Shown here: positions 43,934 to 53,872 of the stretch, one piece after another
How positions within the stretch are numbered: the first letter of the stretch is position 1
Layout: the number at the start of each line of letters is the position of its first letter
Origin: an uncultured Nitrososphaerota archaeon
Lineage (GTDB): Archaea > Thermoproteota > Nitrososphaeria > Nitrososphaerales > Nitrosopumilaceae
DNA length: 64,000 bases
Reading direction: 5' to 3'
Assembly: GCA_963824385.1 (NCBI GenBank)
Contig: CAWGPD010000002.1
Span: 96,001 to 160,000 of the forward strand
The notes under the pieces: model-generated
The model's input: the letters and a program-made list of their open reading frames with translations, nothing else
Database searches by the model: none
Told to the model about the DNA's origin: nothing
Position numbers and translations under genes: made by a program

Positions 43934-44989
43934 ATGGATGTTACAGAAAAAATCAAACTAGTAACTAGGGAACCTACAGAAGAAGTGGTAACTCAAGAAG
44001 AGTTATTGAATCTGTTTAACACCAATCCACATCCCAAACACTACATCGGCCTTGAGATATCTGGTTTTATGCATTTGGGAAGTTTGATACTTACTGGATT
44101 TAAAATAAATGATTTTATCAAAGCTGGAGTCAAGTGTACAGTATTTTTGGCAGACTGGCATACTTATCTAAATAACAAACTTGGAGGAGACTGGGAAAAA
44201 ATACGAATGGTATCAAAATACTATGCTGATGCATTCAAGATGTTCTGTCCAGGAGTTGAGATTGTTGAAGGCTCTCAACTTTATGAATCAAAAAGAGGTT
44301 ATTGGTTGGATCTTGTTAAATTTGCAAAGAATATGTCACTTGAACGTACTATGCGTTCACTTACAATAATGGGAAGAAGTACTGAGAAAGATAAGATTGA
44401 TCTTGGTCAACTTTTCTATCCTCCAATGCAAGCTGTGGATATTCATACAATGGATTTGGATATAGTACATGCAGGAATGGATCAAAGAAAGATTCACATG
44501 CTTGTCAGAGAGATTTTTCCAAAAATGAAGTGGAAGGTACCAGTTGCAGTTCATCACCATATTCTTGCAGGACTTGGCGAGCCAGAAACTGCCTCAGATA
44601 CTGATTCAGACTTTGTATCAAGTAAGATGAGTAAATCAAAATCGGCATCAGGAATATTTGTTCATGACACAGATGAAGAAATTAATTCAAAATTTAAGAA
44701 AGCTTGGTGTCCAGAAGGAATTATAGATAAAAATCCTGTACTTGAGATATCAAAACATATCATTTTTCATGAATTCAACGAAGTTATTGTAGAACGTCCA
44801 GCTAAATTTGGTGGAAATGTTACTTATACAAGATATCAGGATTTAGAAGGAGATTTTATGCAGAAAAAATTACATCCATCAGATCTAAAAGCTACAGTTT
44901 CCAAATATGTTATCGACATAATTAGACCAATAAGAGAAAAAATTGTCCTGACAGATGAACTTTCTGAGGCAATAAAGAAAACTACTTGA
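43934..44989 (+). CDS. tyrS: Tyrosine--tRNA ligase
   Basis: YIGLEISGFMHLG (HIGH), YPPMQAVD, GMDQRKIH, KMSKS. Confidence 0.96.
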   Translation: MDVTEKIKLVTREPTEEVVTQEELLNLFNTNPHPKHYIGLEISGFMHLGSLILTGFKINDFIKAGVKCTVFLADWHTYLNNKLGGDWEKIRMVSKYYADAFKMFCPGVEIVEGSQLYESKRGYWLDLVKFAKNMSLERTMRSLTIMGRSTEKDKIDLGQLFYPPMQAVDIHTMDLDIVHAGMDQRKIHMLVREIFPKMKWKVPVAVHHHILAGLGEPETASDTDSDFVSSKMSKSKSASGIFVHDTDEEINSKFKKAWCPEGIIDKNPVLEISKHIIFHEFNEVIVERPAKFGGNVTYTRYQDLEGDFMQKKLHPSDLKATVSKYVIDIIRPIREKIVLTDELSEAIKKTT

Positions 44990-45962
44990 GACTTGGTCTT
45001 ACTTTGCTTGAAAATAATGATAACATCTCAAGTGATTTTGATAATCCTATAAAGTTAACAATAAAGTAATTAATTCCAATCTTTAGATATTGTTGTAGAT
45101 GATCGCTTACTTCATCAGGTGTGCCTAATGCGATACTATCCTTTGAACGAATGATAAATTCTGCGATAGATTCATTTTTCTTTTTTAGTTTAGATATAAT
45201 ATCTTTAACATCATCATTATCTTTTCCAACCAAGACTCGTAACAAAACAGAGTTTTCTATTTCTTCATGATTTCTTTTGATTAATTTACAATTCTCTCTT
45301 AGAAGTTTTATTTTTTCTTCTAAAATGTCAGGTGTACCAAAAGGATGATTATATCTAGTAGCATGTCTTGCAGCAACCCTCATGAGTTTTTTTCCTGCGC
45401 CTCCTACCATAATTGTAGGATGAGGTTTTTGTATTGGTTTTGGATTGCAGACAGCATTTTTGATAGAATAGTGTTTTCCTTTAAAGCTTGATTTTTGATT
45501 TTGCCACATTTTTTTGATTATTATAAGAGATTCATCAAGCTGTTCAATTCGTGTCAGTGGATCATCAAATTTGTATCCATAGGAATTGTATTCATATTCA
45601 AACCAGCCAGCTCCTATACCAAATTCTAGTCTTCCATTACTGATTGCATCAAGTGTAGATGTCATTTTTGCTAAAAGGGATGGATGTCTATAGGAATTGC
45701 ATGTAACTACCTGTCCTATTCTGAGTTTTGATGTTATTGAGCAAATAGCAGAAAGAAGTGTATAGGCTTCAAAAAAAGTTTCAGTACGATTATCGGAAGG
45801 ATGTGGAATAAAATGATCATAAACATATCCTGCGTCAAATCCGAGTTTTTCTGCAGTTAATGCAACATTTTTTGAAAATAGAAATTGCATATAGGGATTA
45901 TTTGTAGGAAATTCATCTAGCCAACCTTGTGGCAAGGTAAGTCCTATCTGGACTGATGTCAT
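44982..45962 (-). CDS. LLM-class (luciferase-like, probably F420-dependent) oxidoreductase
   Basis: YDHF, YRHPSLLAK, GRLEFGIGAGW, PKPIQKPHP.IMVGG. Confidence 0.88.
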   Translation of the reverse strand: MTSVQIGLTLPQGWLDEFPTNNPYMQFLFSKNVALTAEKLGFDAGYVYDHFIPHPSDNRTETFFEAYTLLSAICSITSKLRIGQVVTCNSYRHPSLLAKMTSTLDAISNGRLEFGIGAGWFEYEYNSYGYKFDDPLTRIEQLDESLIIIKKMWQNQKSSFKGKHYSIKNAVCNPKPIQKPHPTIMVGGAGKKLMRVAARHATRYNHPFGTPDILEEKIKLLRENCKLIKRNHEEIENSVLLRVLVGKDNDDVKDIISKLKKKNESIAEFIIRSKDSIALGTPDEVSDHLQQYLKIGINYFIVNFIGLSKSLEMLSLFSSKVRPSLK

Positions 45963-45963
45963 A

Positions 45964-46752
45964 CTATTTTCTAGTTTGTTGCGGTTCTACAATATTATAT
46001 TTTGATGTATACCCACGCGGGTTTATCATCAAGTCTTTATACATGTAAGTTGAGGAGTTTCCAATTATTACAGTAGTAATCATACCAAGCTTATCATTGT
46101 GTTGTTCCATGTTTTCCAAATCTGTTAAAACAACTTCTTCAGATTCTCTAAATGCTCCTTTTACAATTGCTACTGGTGTACTTGGTGATCTATATTTTAA
46201 AAGAATTTTTCTTGTATCTTGTAATTGATGAATTCTTTTTTTGCTTGCAGGATTGTATATTACAATAACAAAATCACCCTGAGCTGCAGCTTCGACTCTT
46301 TTTATTATAATTTCCCAAGGAACAAGTAGATCACTCATGCTTACCACAGCAAAATCTGTCATGAGAGGAGAGCCAACAAGCGCTGCACAAGAATTAAGCG
46401 ATGAAACACCTGGAACTATTTCAACATGAAGACCAGCCTTTCTGTCCCAACCTTCTTCTGCAAGAATTTCGTAGATTAAGCCAGCCATTCCGTATATTCC
46501 AGGATCTCCACTGGATACAAGTGAAACTATTTTTCCAGATTTTGCAAGATCAATGCATTGATGTGCTCTTTCTACTTCTTGTGTCATTGCATATCTATGA
46601 ACTTCTTTGCCGTCTATTAGATCTGCAACCAAGTTAACATATGTCTCATATCCCACAATTGTATCACTTTCCTCAATTGCTTGCTTTGCTCGAAAAGTCA
46701 TATGATCATGATGACCTGGTCCTACACCTACGATAAACAGTTTACCAGTCAT
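45964..46752 (-). CDS. cbiH: Precorrin-3B C17-methyltransferase
   Basis: VGVGPG, SSGDPGIYGMAG, SDLLVPW, IYNPAS, NPRGY. Confidence 0.93.
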   Translation of the reverse strand: MTGKLFIVGVGPGHHDHMTFRAKQAIEESDTIVGYETYVNLVADLIDGKEVHRYAMTQEVERAHQCIDLAKSGKIVSLVSSGDPGIYGMAGLIYEILAEEGWDRKAGLHVEIVPGVSSLNSCAALVGSPLMTDFAVVSMSDLLVPWEIIIKRVEAAAQGDFVIVIYNPASKKRIHQLQDTRKILLKYRSPSTPVAIVKGAFRESEEVVLTDLENMEQHNDKLGMITTVIIGNSSTYMYKDLMINPRGYTSKYNIVEPQQTRK

Positions 46753-46839
46753 TCAAACTTAGGAGATTTTTAAAGTAAATTTATCCCTTTTCATGATTTT
46801 ATTGATTTGTCCATGATTGAATAATAAAAGGATGTTTGC

Positions 46840-48238
46840 CTATTTTCCAAGTTCAAACTCATCATGTAATGCCTGTACTGCTACATTACAGTCAGAATCT
46901 TTGACTACAAAAGCAAGATTAAGCTCAGAAGAACCTTGTGCTATCATTATTACATTTACGCCTTTTTTTGCTACAGACTGTAAATACTTTGGAAGCAACT
47001 CCTGCCATTCCTCTCATTCCAGAACCTATGAGAGCAATTATTGATACATCTACTGTAACATCCACTTTTTTTATGATCTTTCCAAGCAGATTCATTTCAA
47101 GTGCATTTACTGCTTTATCTAAATCATTTTTCTTTACAATTATAGATATGGATGATTCTGATGGACTTTGAGATATCATCATTATGTTAATTCCTTCTTT
47201 TGCAAGAATAGAAAATATTGTAGCTGCAGTCCCCGGGGCACCAACCATGCTTCCGCCTCGTACATCAATTAGTCCTGTATGTCTAATTGTACTTACACAC
47301 TTTACCATCTTTTGAGTATCAGCCTGCGGAGTGGCAGTAACTAACGTACCAGAATTATTTACATTAAACGTATTTCTTATACGTAAAGGAATTTTCTTTG
47401 TAACAAGTGGTTCAAGTGCTCTTGGATGAATGTATTTCGCACCAAATAGAGCCATTTCCATTGCTTCAATATATGACACTTCTTTGATTAGTTTAGCATT
47501 TTTTACAATTTTTGGATCAGTTGTCATTAAACCATCTACATCACTCATCAACCAAACTTCATCGGCTTTGATGCTAGATGCAATAATTGTTGCAGTATAA
47601 TCAGATCCTCCTCTTCCAAATGTAGTTATGTTACCATGTTGATCCGCACCTGCAAATCCTCCAATTACTGGCATGATCTTTTTTTGCAGGAGATTTTCTA
47701 TTGTATGAGAAACATGTAACCGTGTAGTATCCATAAGGGGTTTTGCTCCTCCAAAATTAGAATCTGTGACTATTCCTACATCTTTTCCTGTCATAGGTAT
47801 CGCTTTAACACCTATTTCATTTAATGTAAAAGCAATCAGATTGATGGATAATCTCTCACCAAATGAGATCAAGTAATCAGAAGAACGTGGTGTGACTTCT
47901 CCAAGTAGTAGCATTCCATGTAATAGATCTTGGAGTTCATCAAGATCTGTCTTCATCTTATCTTGTAATTCTTTTTTTATCTTTGAATTCTTGACACATT
48001 GATTTGCAATATCAATATGTATCTTGATAATTTTTTTCGCAAGTGAGTTTGCAGCTTCTTTGTTTCTGTTTTGAATTAAATTTGTTATTCGGATTAAATC
48101 GTCAGTAACTCCACTTATGGCAGAAAACACTGGAATTATTTTATGATTCTTTGTTAGTTTTTTTATTAGGTCTGCAACATTTCGTATATTTTGTGTAGAA
48201 GAAACAGAGGTTCCTCCGAATTTCAGAACAAGTTTCAA
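46840..48238 (-). CDS. lysC: Aspartate kinase (frameshift ~46977)
   Basis: KFGGTSV, GRGGSDYTA, DVDGLMTTDP, two ACT domains; the C-terminus (IAQGSSELNL...LHDEFELGK*) ends at 46840. Confidence 0.93.
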
Positions 48239-48274
48239 ATCAGTATAACCTCGTTTTATTATCCTTAAAATCTT

Positions 48275-49021
48275 TTAACTTTCAACTCTAGGAGCAAGGT
48301 AAAAGTGAATTCTTCCAATGTTTGCTACTTTAAATTCCAATCTTAGTGGCATTTTAGTTGAAAATTCACAAACTACTGTGCCTGCAACCGTACCTACCGC
48401 TTTTACTATACTATTAAGATATTCTAAACTATAGGTTGCATTACTATCTTCCTTGACCTCAATCTCTGGCATTTCAGACATTCCTTTTTCTAGTGTTATA
48501 ATTGCCTCACCAGAATCACCACGTCCTGAAAATTCTGCTTTTGTAGGAGTGGTATTAATTGAGAGATATTCTGAGACTACTTGGATATCACCAAGTATCT
48601 TATCAAATTCCCCAGATGTAACTCCCACCTTTGCATTGTAAGTAATTTTTGGGAGTGGTGTATCGGTTGCTGAACTTTCAATTAATCTCATCTTATATTT
48701 TTTATTTTTACCTATTGTAACAAGTAAAAGATTATCTTCAGAAATACTAATTTCTATATTGTCTTTTTTATCAGCTCTTTTGATCAATTTTGAAAACTCG
48801 TCTATTCTAACTCCAAACTTAACATCTTGATCACAAACATATTTTTCAAATGCAGAATTAGGCCAAGCAATATCAATCAAGGCTACATGTGACGGATCCA
48901 TGCCCCTAAAAGCAATCCCCTCACCTGTTGCTTCGAATGTAGCTTCTTCAACTAGAGTTGATATAGCAGATATGACAGCTTTCCATTCTTCAGAACCTCC
49001 AGTCTTTGCAGAAAATACCAA
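48275..49021 (-). CDS. pcn: DNA polymerase sliding clamp PCNA
   Basis: MDPSHVAL, YSLEYL, FYLAPRVE. Confidence 0.96.
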   Translation of the reverse strand: MVFSAKTGGSEEWKAVISAISTLVEEATFEATGEGIAFRGMDPSHVALIDIAWPNSAFEKYVCDQDVKFGVRIDEFSKLIKRADKKDNIEISISEDNLLLVTIGKNKKYKMRLIESSATDTPLPKITYNAKVGVTSGEFDKILGDIQVVSEYLSINTTPTKAEFSGRGDSGEAIITLEKGMSEMPEIEVKEDSNATYSLEYLNSIVKAVGTVAGTVVCEFSTKMPLRLEFKVANIGRIHFYLAPRVES

Positions 49022-49056
49022 ACTTACTCAGATCTCCAGAATGTTCAAGTTAAACC

Positions 49057-49372
49057 TTATGCGTAGTTTCGCCAAGTATAGCTACATTTAACACATCTAT
49101 AAAACTGGGTAGTAGGTTCATCTGCACTTCTTGTCTGAAGCATCCACCAAACAGCTTCATTATGTCCGCACTTTTCACATTCGATCTTAATTGTTGGTAA
49201 TGCTTCTTTCATTTCTTTTTCATCCAAAGAGATGATAGAGGAAACAGTTTCATTTTTTACTTCTTTTGTTACCTTGTTTCCTTTTTCACTATATCCACAT
49301 TTTGGACATACAAATTCAGAGTCAGAGTCTATCTATCTTTAATCTCGCCTGACACTTTGGACAGAATTTCAT
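49057..49372 (-). CDS. tfs: Transcription factor S (TFS/RpoM; frameshift ~49328)
   Basis: MKFCPKC...CPKC...CEKC...QTRSADEPTTQFYRCVKC; lies between rpoL and pcn. Absent from the ORF track. Confidence 0.93.
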
Positions 49373-49663
49373 TTAAACACCTTTAATTTTAGAAAAAATT
49401 GCTTTTTTTAATTCATCAGTGTACTCTATAGCAGTCTTTGTTGCCTTTTCAATTTCCTTCACAGGATTGCCCTTTGAAGTATTTACTCGCATTGAAAGTT
49501 GTTTAGTTAGTGGATGTTTCAAGACTACACCTGCAAACTCTACAGTAGGATCTTTGAGCATCTCATATTGGACTATGTAGAGAGTGCTAATGTCTGATTT
49601 TCTTATGTCCAATTGAACCTCTTTTGGAGAAGATTTCTTCAGTTGAACATCCATGTAAGTCAA
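49373..49663 (-). CDS. rpoL: RNA polymerase subunit Rpo11/L
   Basis: DPTVEFAG...HPL motif; rpoL-tfs-pcn synteny. Confidence 0.85.
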   Translation of the reverse strand: MTYMDVQLKKSSPKEVQLDIRKSDISTLYIVQYEMLKDPTVEFAGVVLKHPLTKQLSMRVNTSKGNPVKEIEKATKTAIEYTDELKKAIFSKIKGV

Positions 49664-49700
49664 AAAAATACATATTGAGGATATAAACCATTACCAATAG

Positions 49701-50243
49701 TTGACTAGCGATAAAAATGCAATAAGTGAAGTTTCTCTGGAGAAGTCCCCTGATAAACCAAAAATAGATGATAACATTGCAATAGACGTAAAATTCTCTA
49801 TTACGGGAGCTCTTCGTGAAGCCTTCAATGAGAAAAATTGGGAAAAGGCTTACAATAATCATGACAACTCCTTCAAGCTACGATATGGAGTAAAACTCCA
49901 TACTAGTGGGCTTAGAAAGAAAGAGATTGGTAAGCCATTAGACACGTACAAGAAAGTTGCCCTTTTTTGGACACGTAATCCAAAGCTGACTCAGATGGGA
50001 GAGAAGAAAGTCTGGGTACAGATATCCAAGAATTTCGAGCCATTCATTCCAAAAAATCAGGTTGACGCACAGCAATTACTTCTTGATTTTGATGAAAAAA
50101 TACAATTTAATGCATCTGATCTTGGAGTTGGTAAACATAAGATAGGAGCTGAGATTCATGTATCTTGGTTCAAACATGATTACATCGAACCATTTGATGA
50201 AACGGTACAATCTAAAGAAATTGAGATTGAAGTTACCAAATAG
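49701..50243 (+). CDS. Conserved hypothetical protein
   Basis: 180-aa ORF divergent from rpoL. Confidence 0.7.
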   Translation: MTSDKNAISEVSLEKSPDKPKIDDNIAIDVKFSITGALREAFNEKNWEKAYNNHDNSFKLRYGVKLHTSGLRKKEIGKPLDTYKKVALFWTRNPKLTQMGEKKVWVQISKNFEPFIPKNQVDAQQLLLDFDEKIQFNASDLGVGKHKIGAEIHVSWFKHDYIEPFDETVQSKEIEIEVTK

Positions 50244-50272
50244 GATATAAATGGAATTATTGGTGTAACGGT

Positions 50273-50428
50273 ATGGCAAAATTCGATGGAATTAGAGGAC
50301 AAGAATTACTTGAAGTAGAAGACAAGTCAGAAAAAGAAGATCAAATAACCTTGATTTTCAAAGACAATAGGTTTCTCTTCATCAAACTAGAAAATGGCAA
50401 GATGGTAACTACATCTATACCAGAATAA
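50273..50428 (+). CDS. 51-aa hypothetical protein
   Basis: MAKFDGIRGQELLEVEDKSEKEDQITLIFKDNRFLFIKLENGKMVTTSIPE*; TATAAA ~25 nt upstream; fills the gap exactly. Confidence 0.65.
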   Translation: MAKFDGIRGQELLEVEDKSEKEDQITLIFKDNRFLFIKLENGKMVTTSIPE

Positions 50429-50429
50429 A

Positions 50430-50924
50430 CTACTTGTTAAGAAATTTGTAGTATAGACTGATTGCTATTTCTTGAGATTCAGATTGGATAGAACCAGGTC
50501 TTTCTTTTCGTACTTTTTGTATAGCATCTTTTGCTAAAAGTTTTTGATATTTTACAAGGTAGCAAGCAAGAATTGTACCAGTTCTTCCAATGCCTGCAGC
50601 ACAGTGAACCATTACAGGCTCATTATTTTCGATTCTGTTTTGTATAAACTCTACTGCTTCATCAATTTGTTCCATATCAGGTGCTGAGAAATCTTCTGTT
50701 GGGACATGAAGATATTTTATATTTTTTACCCATGATTCAGGAAGTGAATTCTCAGTCATTGTAATAATGGACTTTACTCCTTGCTTTTGTATCCAATCTA
50801 TTTCAGAAAGAGAAGTAGGCATTCCACTTCCAGCTAACTTGTTATTAATCAGCCAACTAAAATTTGTAGGTTTTTTTGCTATTTTGCCATGTACTTTTCT
50901 CCAGATATTTCCAGGTTTACTCAC
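50430..50924 (-). CDS. Dual-specificity protein phosphatase
   Basis: VHCAAGIGRTG (CX5R) motif. Confidence 0.92.
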   Translation of the reverse strand: MSKPGNIWRKVHGKIAKKPTNFSWLINNKLAGSGMPTSLSEIDWIQKQGVKSIITMTENSLPESWVKNIKYLHVPTEDFSAPDMEQIDEAVEFIQNRIENNEPVMVHCAAGIGRTGTILACYLVKYQKLLAKDAIQKVRKERPGSIQSESQEIAISLYYKFLNK

Positions 50925-51009
50925 AATATCTCATAGGTAAAGGATCCATATATGTAGAAAACGAAGTAGAGAAATTAAAAATAATAAAAAGAGATTTTGA
51001 TGTTAGGAC

Positions 51010-51309
51010 TTAATCGATTAGTTCGGTCCAACCCTTGACGAATATAGAGTTTCTGTATAGTGGTACTGGTTGACCTACAGTAAAGTCCATTGGTCTCATC
51101 CAGAAGATTGCCTTTGTTGGGCATACACCTATGCATGCACCATCTGAAATGCATCTCTCTGGATAAAATACAAATGCTTTACCTCTCTTCCAGCCTTCTA
51201 CTGGTTTTACTCTTAATACGTCTGGGCCTAGTGTTGTACAGATCTCTACGCAGAGTGCACAACCTATGCACATTTGTTCGCCTATATCTGGAATAATTCC
51301 AACTGGCAT
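51010..51309 (-). CDS. 2x[4Fe-4S] ferredoxin
   Basis: CIGCALCVEIC and CISDGACIGVCP (one Cys replaced by Asp). Confidence 0.92.
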   Translation of the reverse strand: MPVGIIPDIGEQMCIGCALCVEICTTLGPDVLRVKPVEGWKRGKAFVFYPERCISDGACIGVCPTKAIFWMRPMDFTVGQPVPLYRNSIFVKGWTELID

Positions 51310-51481
51310 GTTGTGTACTTCGAGAAAAGATCTTAATATAACTTGCTGAAAAATGTCATGTTATAACGGCGTTTGAGAATTTTATAACACTGTTAATTTG
51401 CGATCATCTTATTCCAAATCTTTAGAATGACAATTATTGAAACCGACGTTTTTTTATAATTTATCATTAATTCAAGATATC

Positions 51482-51757
51482 ATGGGAAGTAAAATTCATT
51501 GTGCTCATATTTTAGTTGAAAAACTTAGTGTTGCACAAGATCTTAAAACAAGAATTTCAAAAGGCGAGAGTTTTGCAAATCTTGCTAAAGAGTATTCAAT
51601 AGACGTATCAAAGAAGAGAGGTGGAGATCTTGGATTTTTTGCCAGAGGAGCCATGGTATCAGAATTTGAAAAGGCAGCTTTTGTACTAGAAAAAGGAAAA
51701 GTCTCAGATATTGTAAAAACTCAGTTTGGATATCATATAATAAAAAGACTAGACTAG
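51482..51757 (+). CDS. Parvulin-type peptidyl-prolyl isomerase
   Basis: HILV, FANLAKEYS, GGDLGFF, KTQFGYHII; likely start is the ATG at 51482. Confidence 0.92.
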   Translation: MGSKIHCAHILVEKLSVAQDLKTRISKGESFANLAKEYSIDVSKKRGGDLGFFARGAMVSEFEKAAFVLEKGKVSDIVKTQFGYHIIKRLD

Positions 51758-52369
51758 TGGAATCAAATTTGAAGAGATAACAAATTTGCTTGAATCACTA
51801 GGCATGCTTAGTACAATACCGTCTTTTCCATATTCAAGAAGAATTTTCTTGCTGTTCTTTGTTTCAATCAGACGTTTACCTGTGGGTGATAAGACCCATC
51901 CTTCTTCCTTTTTGTATCTAACCATGCTTGCAACAACAAGATAAGATTTGGTTATCCTTGCTATACTTGCAAGTAGCATTATGATAGACATGATAGCCTT
52001 TCCAATATTCTTTTTCCGATTCAAGATATTGAAAAGTCCATTAAGTGAATCTACAATGATTATAGTCTGTAACATACTCGCTTTTACTAGGATCTCTTTG
52101 AGTATTTGATACAAATTTTCAGTAGTAGGTTGAAACAAACTTATATTTTCATTTGTAGGAAGTATTCCAGAGACAACATATCCACTATATAACAGATCAA
52201 GATCCAAGTATAAGACTTGAAGTTTTGTATCTTGGACTAACTTGGAGATAAAGCCTGCTTTCAAAAATGGATCAGAGTAAAATACAGAATTAATAAGATC
52301 CTGATCTAGTATTGTCTGCAAATTTAGATTAGATGAGTTAAGATCACCATTAGGATTTTTAAACAACAA
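51749..52369 (-). CDS. Hypothetical protein with degenerate RecA/KaiC-like fold
   Basis: VLYLDLD and IIIVDS (Walker B-like) present; Walker A degenerate (SDPFLKA). Confidence 0.55.
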   Translation of the reverse strand: MLFKNPNGDLNSSNLNLQTILDQDLINSVFYSDPFLKAGFISKLVQDTKLQVLYLDLDLLYSGYVVSGILPTNENISLFQPTTENLYQILKEILVKASMLQTIIIVDSLNGLFNILNRKKNIGKAIMSIIMLLASIARITKSYLVVASMVRYKKEEGWVLSPTGKRLIETKNSKKILLEYGKDGIVLSMPSDSSKFVISSNLIPLV

Positions 52370-52395
52370 AAATACTAGTAGATTGTAATATAATA

Positions 52396-53538
52396 ATGAA
52401 TTTAGATTATTCGCAAGATTTTCAATACAAAGAGAAAATTTACCTCAATAATGCCTCTGCTTCCAGAATGCCAAGATCAAGCATATCAGCAATGAGTGAT
52501 TTTCTAGTAAAGTATAACGAACTTGGTCCTGACTCTGAGGCTTCTGATAATTATGTAAGAGAAAGACTAGTGAATGTACGTAAGGAAATTTCAGAATTAA
52601 TCAAATGTAAATCAGAGGAGGTAATACTTACTCAGAGTGTAACTGATGGAATAAATCTTGTAGCAAATGGATTGAAATTGAATCCAAATTCCAATATTGT
52701 AATACGTGGCTCAACGCATGAACACCCAGCTAATCATTATGCATGGGTAAGAGCTGGACAGAGAGCTGAGTTGAGAAATTTATCTGTAGATGAAATAGGA
52801 TATTTTGAACTTGATTCTTTTAAGAAAATAATAGATGAAAAAACAGGATTAGTTGTATTGAGTCATGCATTGTTTAATACCGGTGCAATACTTCCCGTTG
52901 AAGAAATTGGTAAGATTCTTTCTGAAAAGAACATACCATATTTTGTTGATGCAGTACAAACAGTTGGATCTATTGAAGATGTAGATGTAAACAAAATTAA
53001 TTGTAATTTTATGTCTTTTAATGGTTCCAAGTGGTTGTGCGGTCCAATGGGAATGGGGATCTTCTTTTGTAGAAGAAATTCAAGTGAACTTATTGAACCA
53101 CTTCAGGTTGGAGGAGAGTCTGCAATATTTCATGAAAATAAAATTATACATAAAGAAATGCCTGCTAGATTTCAGGCAGGCTTTCGTAACTGGTCAGGGG
53201 TTGCATGTCTTGAGGCATCGTTGAATTATTTAAAAAAAATAGGAATGAAAACCATCAGAGAGAGAAATATTATGCTTGCCAATTTATTACGTGAGGAGAT
53301 TTCAAAAATTAATGGTGCAACTCTGTATGGACCAGAGGAGGAAGAAAAACGTACAAGCATAGTCTCTTTTTCTATTCAGGATAAAGATCCAAAGGACTTG
53401 GTAGCAAAGTTAGAGAAACAAAACATGATACTTGCGGTAAGAGATATTTTTACTAAAAAGATTGTAAGGGCTTCGCCTCATTTTTTCAATACAGAATCAG
53501 AAATTCATACGATAGTTGATGCAATAAAAAGAATCTAG
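52396..53538 (+). CDS. Class V PLP enzyme (cysteine desulfurase/C-S lyase-like)
   Basis: IYLNNAS, HEHPAN, DAVQTVG, SKWLCGPMG, RASPHFFN. Confidence 0.85.
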   Translation: MNLDYSQDFQYKEKIYLNNASASRMPRSSISAMSDFLVKYNELGPDSEASDNYVRERLVNVRKEISELIKCKSEEVILTQSVTDGINLVANGLKLNPNSNIVIRGSTHEHPANHYAWVRAGQRAELRNLSVDEIGYFELDSFKKIIDEKTGLVVLSHALFNTGAILPVEEIGKILSEKNIPYFVDAVQTVGSIEDVDVNKINCNFMSFNGSKWLCGPMGMGIFFCRRNSSELIEPLQVGGESAIFHENKIIHKEMPARFQAGFRNWSGVACLEASLNYLKKIGMKTIRERNIMLANLLREEISKINGATLYGPEEEEKRTSIVSFSIQDKDPKDLVAKLEKQNMILAVRDIFTKKIVRASPHFFNTESEIHTIVDAIKRI

Positions 53539-53796
53539 TTACCTTTCTTGCTCTTCAATTACCATCATAGTCAAGGTAGAGTAAACCTTGTCTATCTTTC
53601 TAATCTTATTTGTAATTATACTTCTTAGGAGATCCATCGAATCGGCTGTAATCTTGACTATAATGTCGTATACACCGTACACCCCTTGTACCTCATATTG
53701 GATATCGTTTTCGCTGTTTAGTATCTGTTTTATTTTTTGAATTATCTCAACATCAGAGCCCAGATCGGAATTAATCAAAATGTAAGTAGTTGGCAT
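53539..53796 (-). CDS. Standalone Lrp/AsnC ligand-binding (RAM) domain protein
   Basis: YILIN..G, VYGVYDIIVK, IRKIDKV.STLTM. Confidence 0.85.
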   Translation of the reverse strand: MPTTYILINSDLGSDVEIIQKIKQILNSENDIQYEVQGVYGVYDIIVKITADSMDLLRSIITNKIRKIDKVYSTLTMMVIEEQER

Positions 53797-53872
53797 GTCT
53801 TAATTCGAGTTATACGATATTTAACCTTTGACTAGAATTCTAAAATTGATTTTGTGATATTGAATTTTTATT

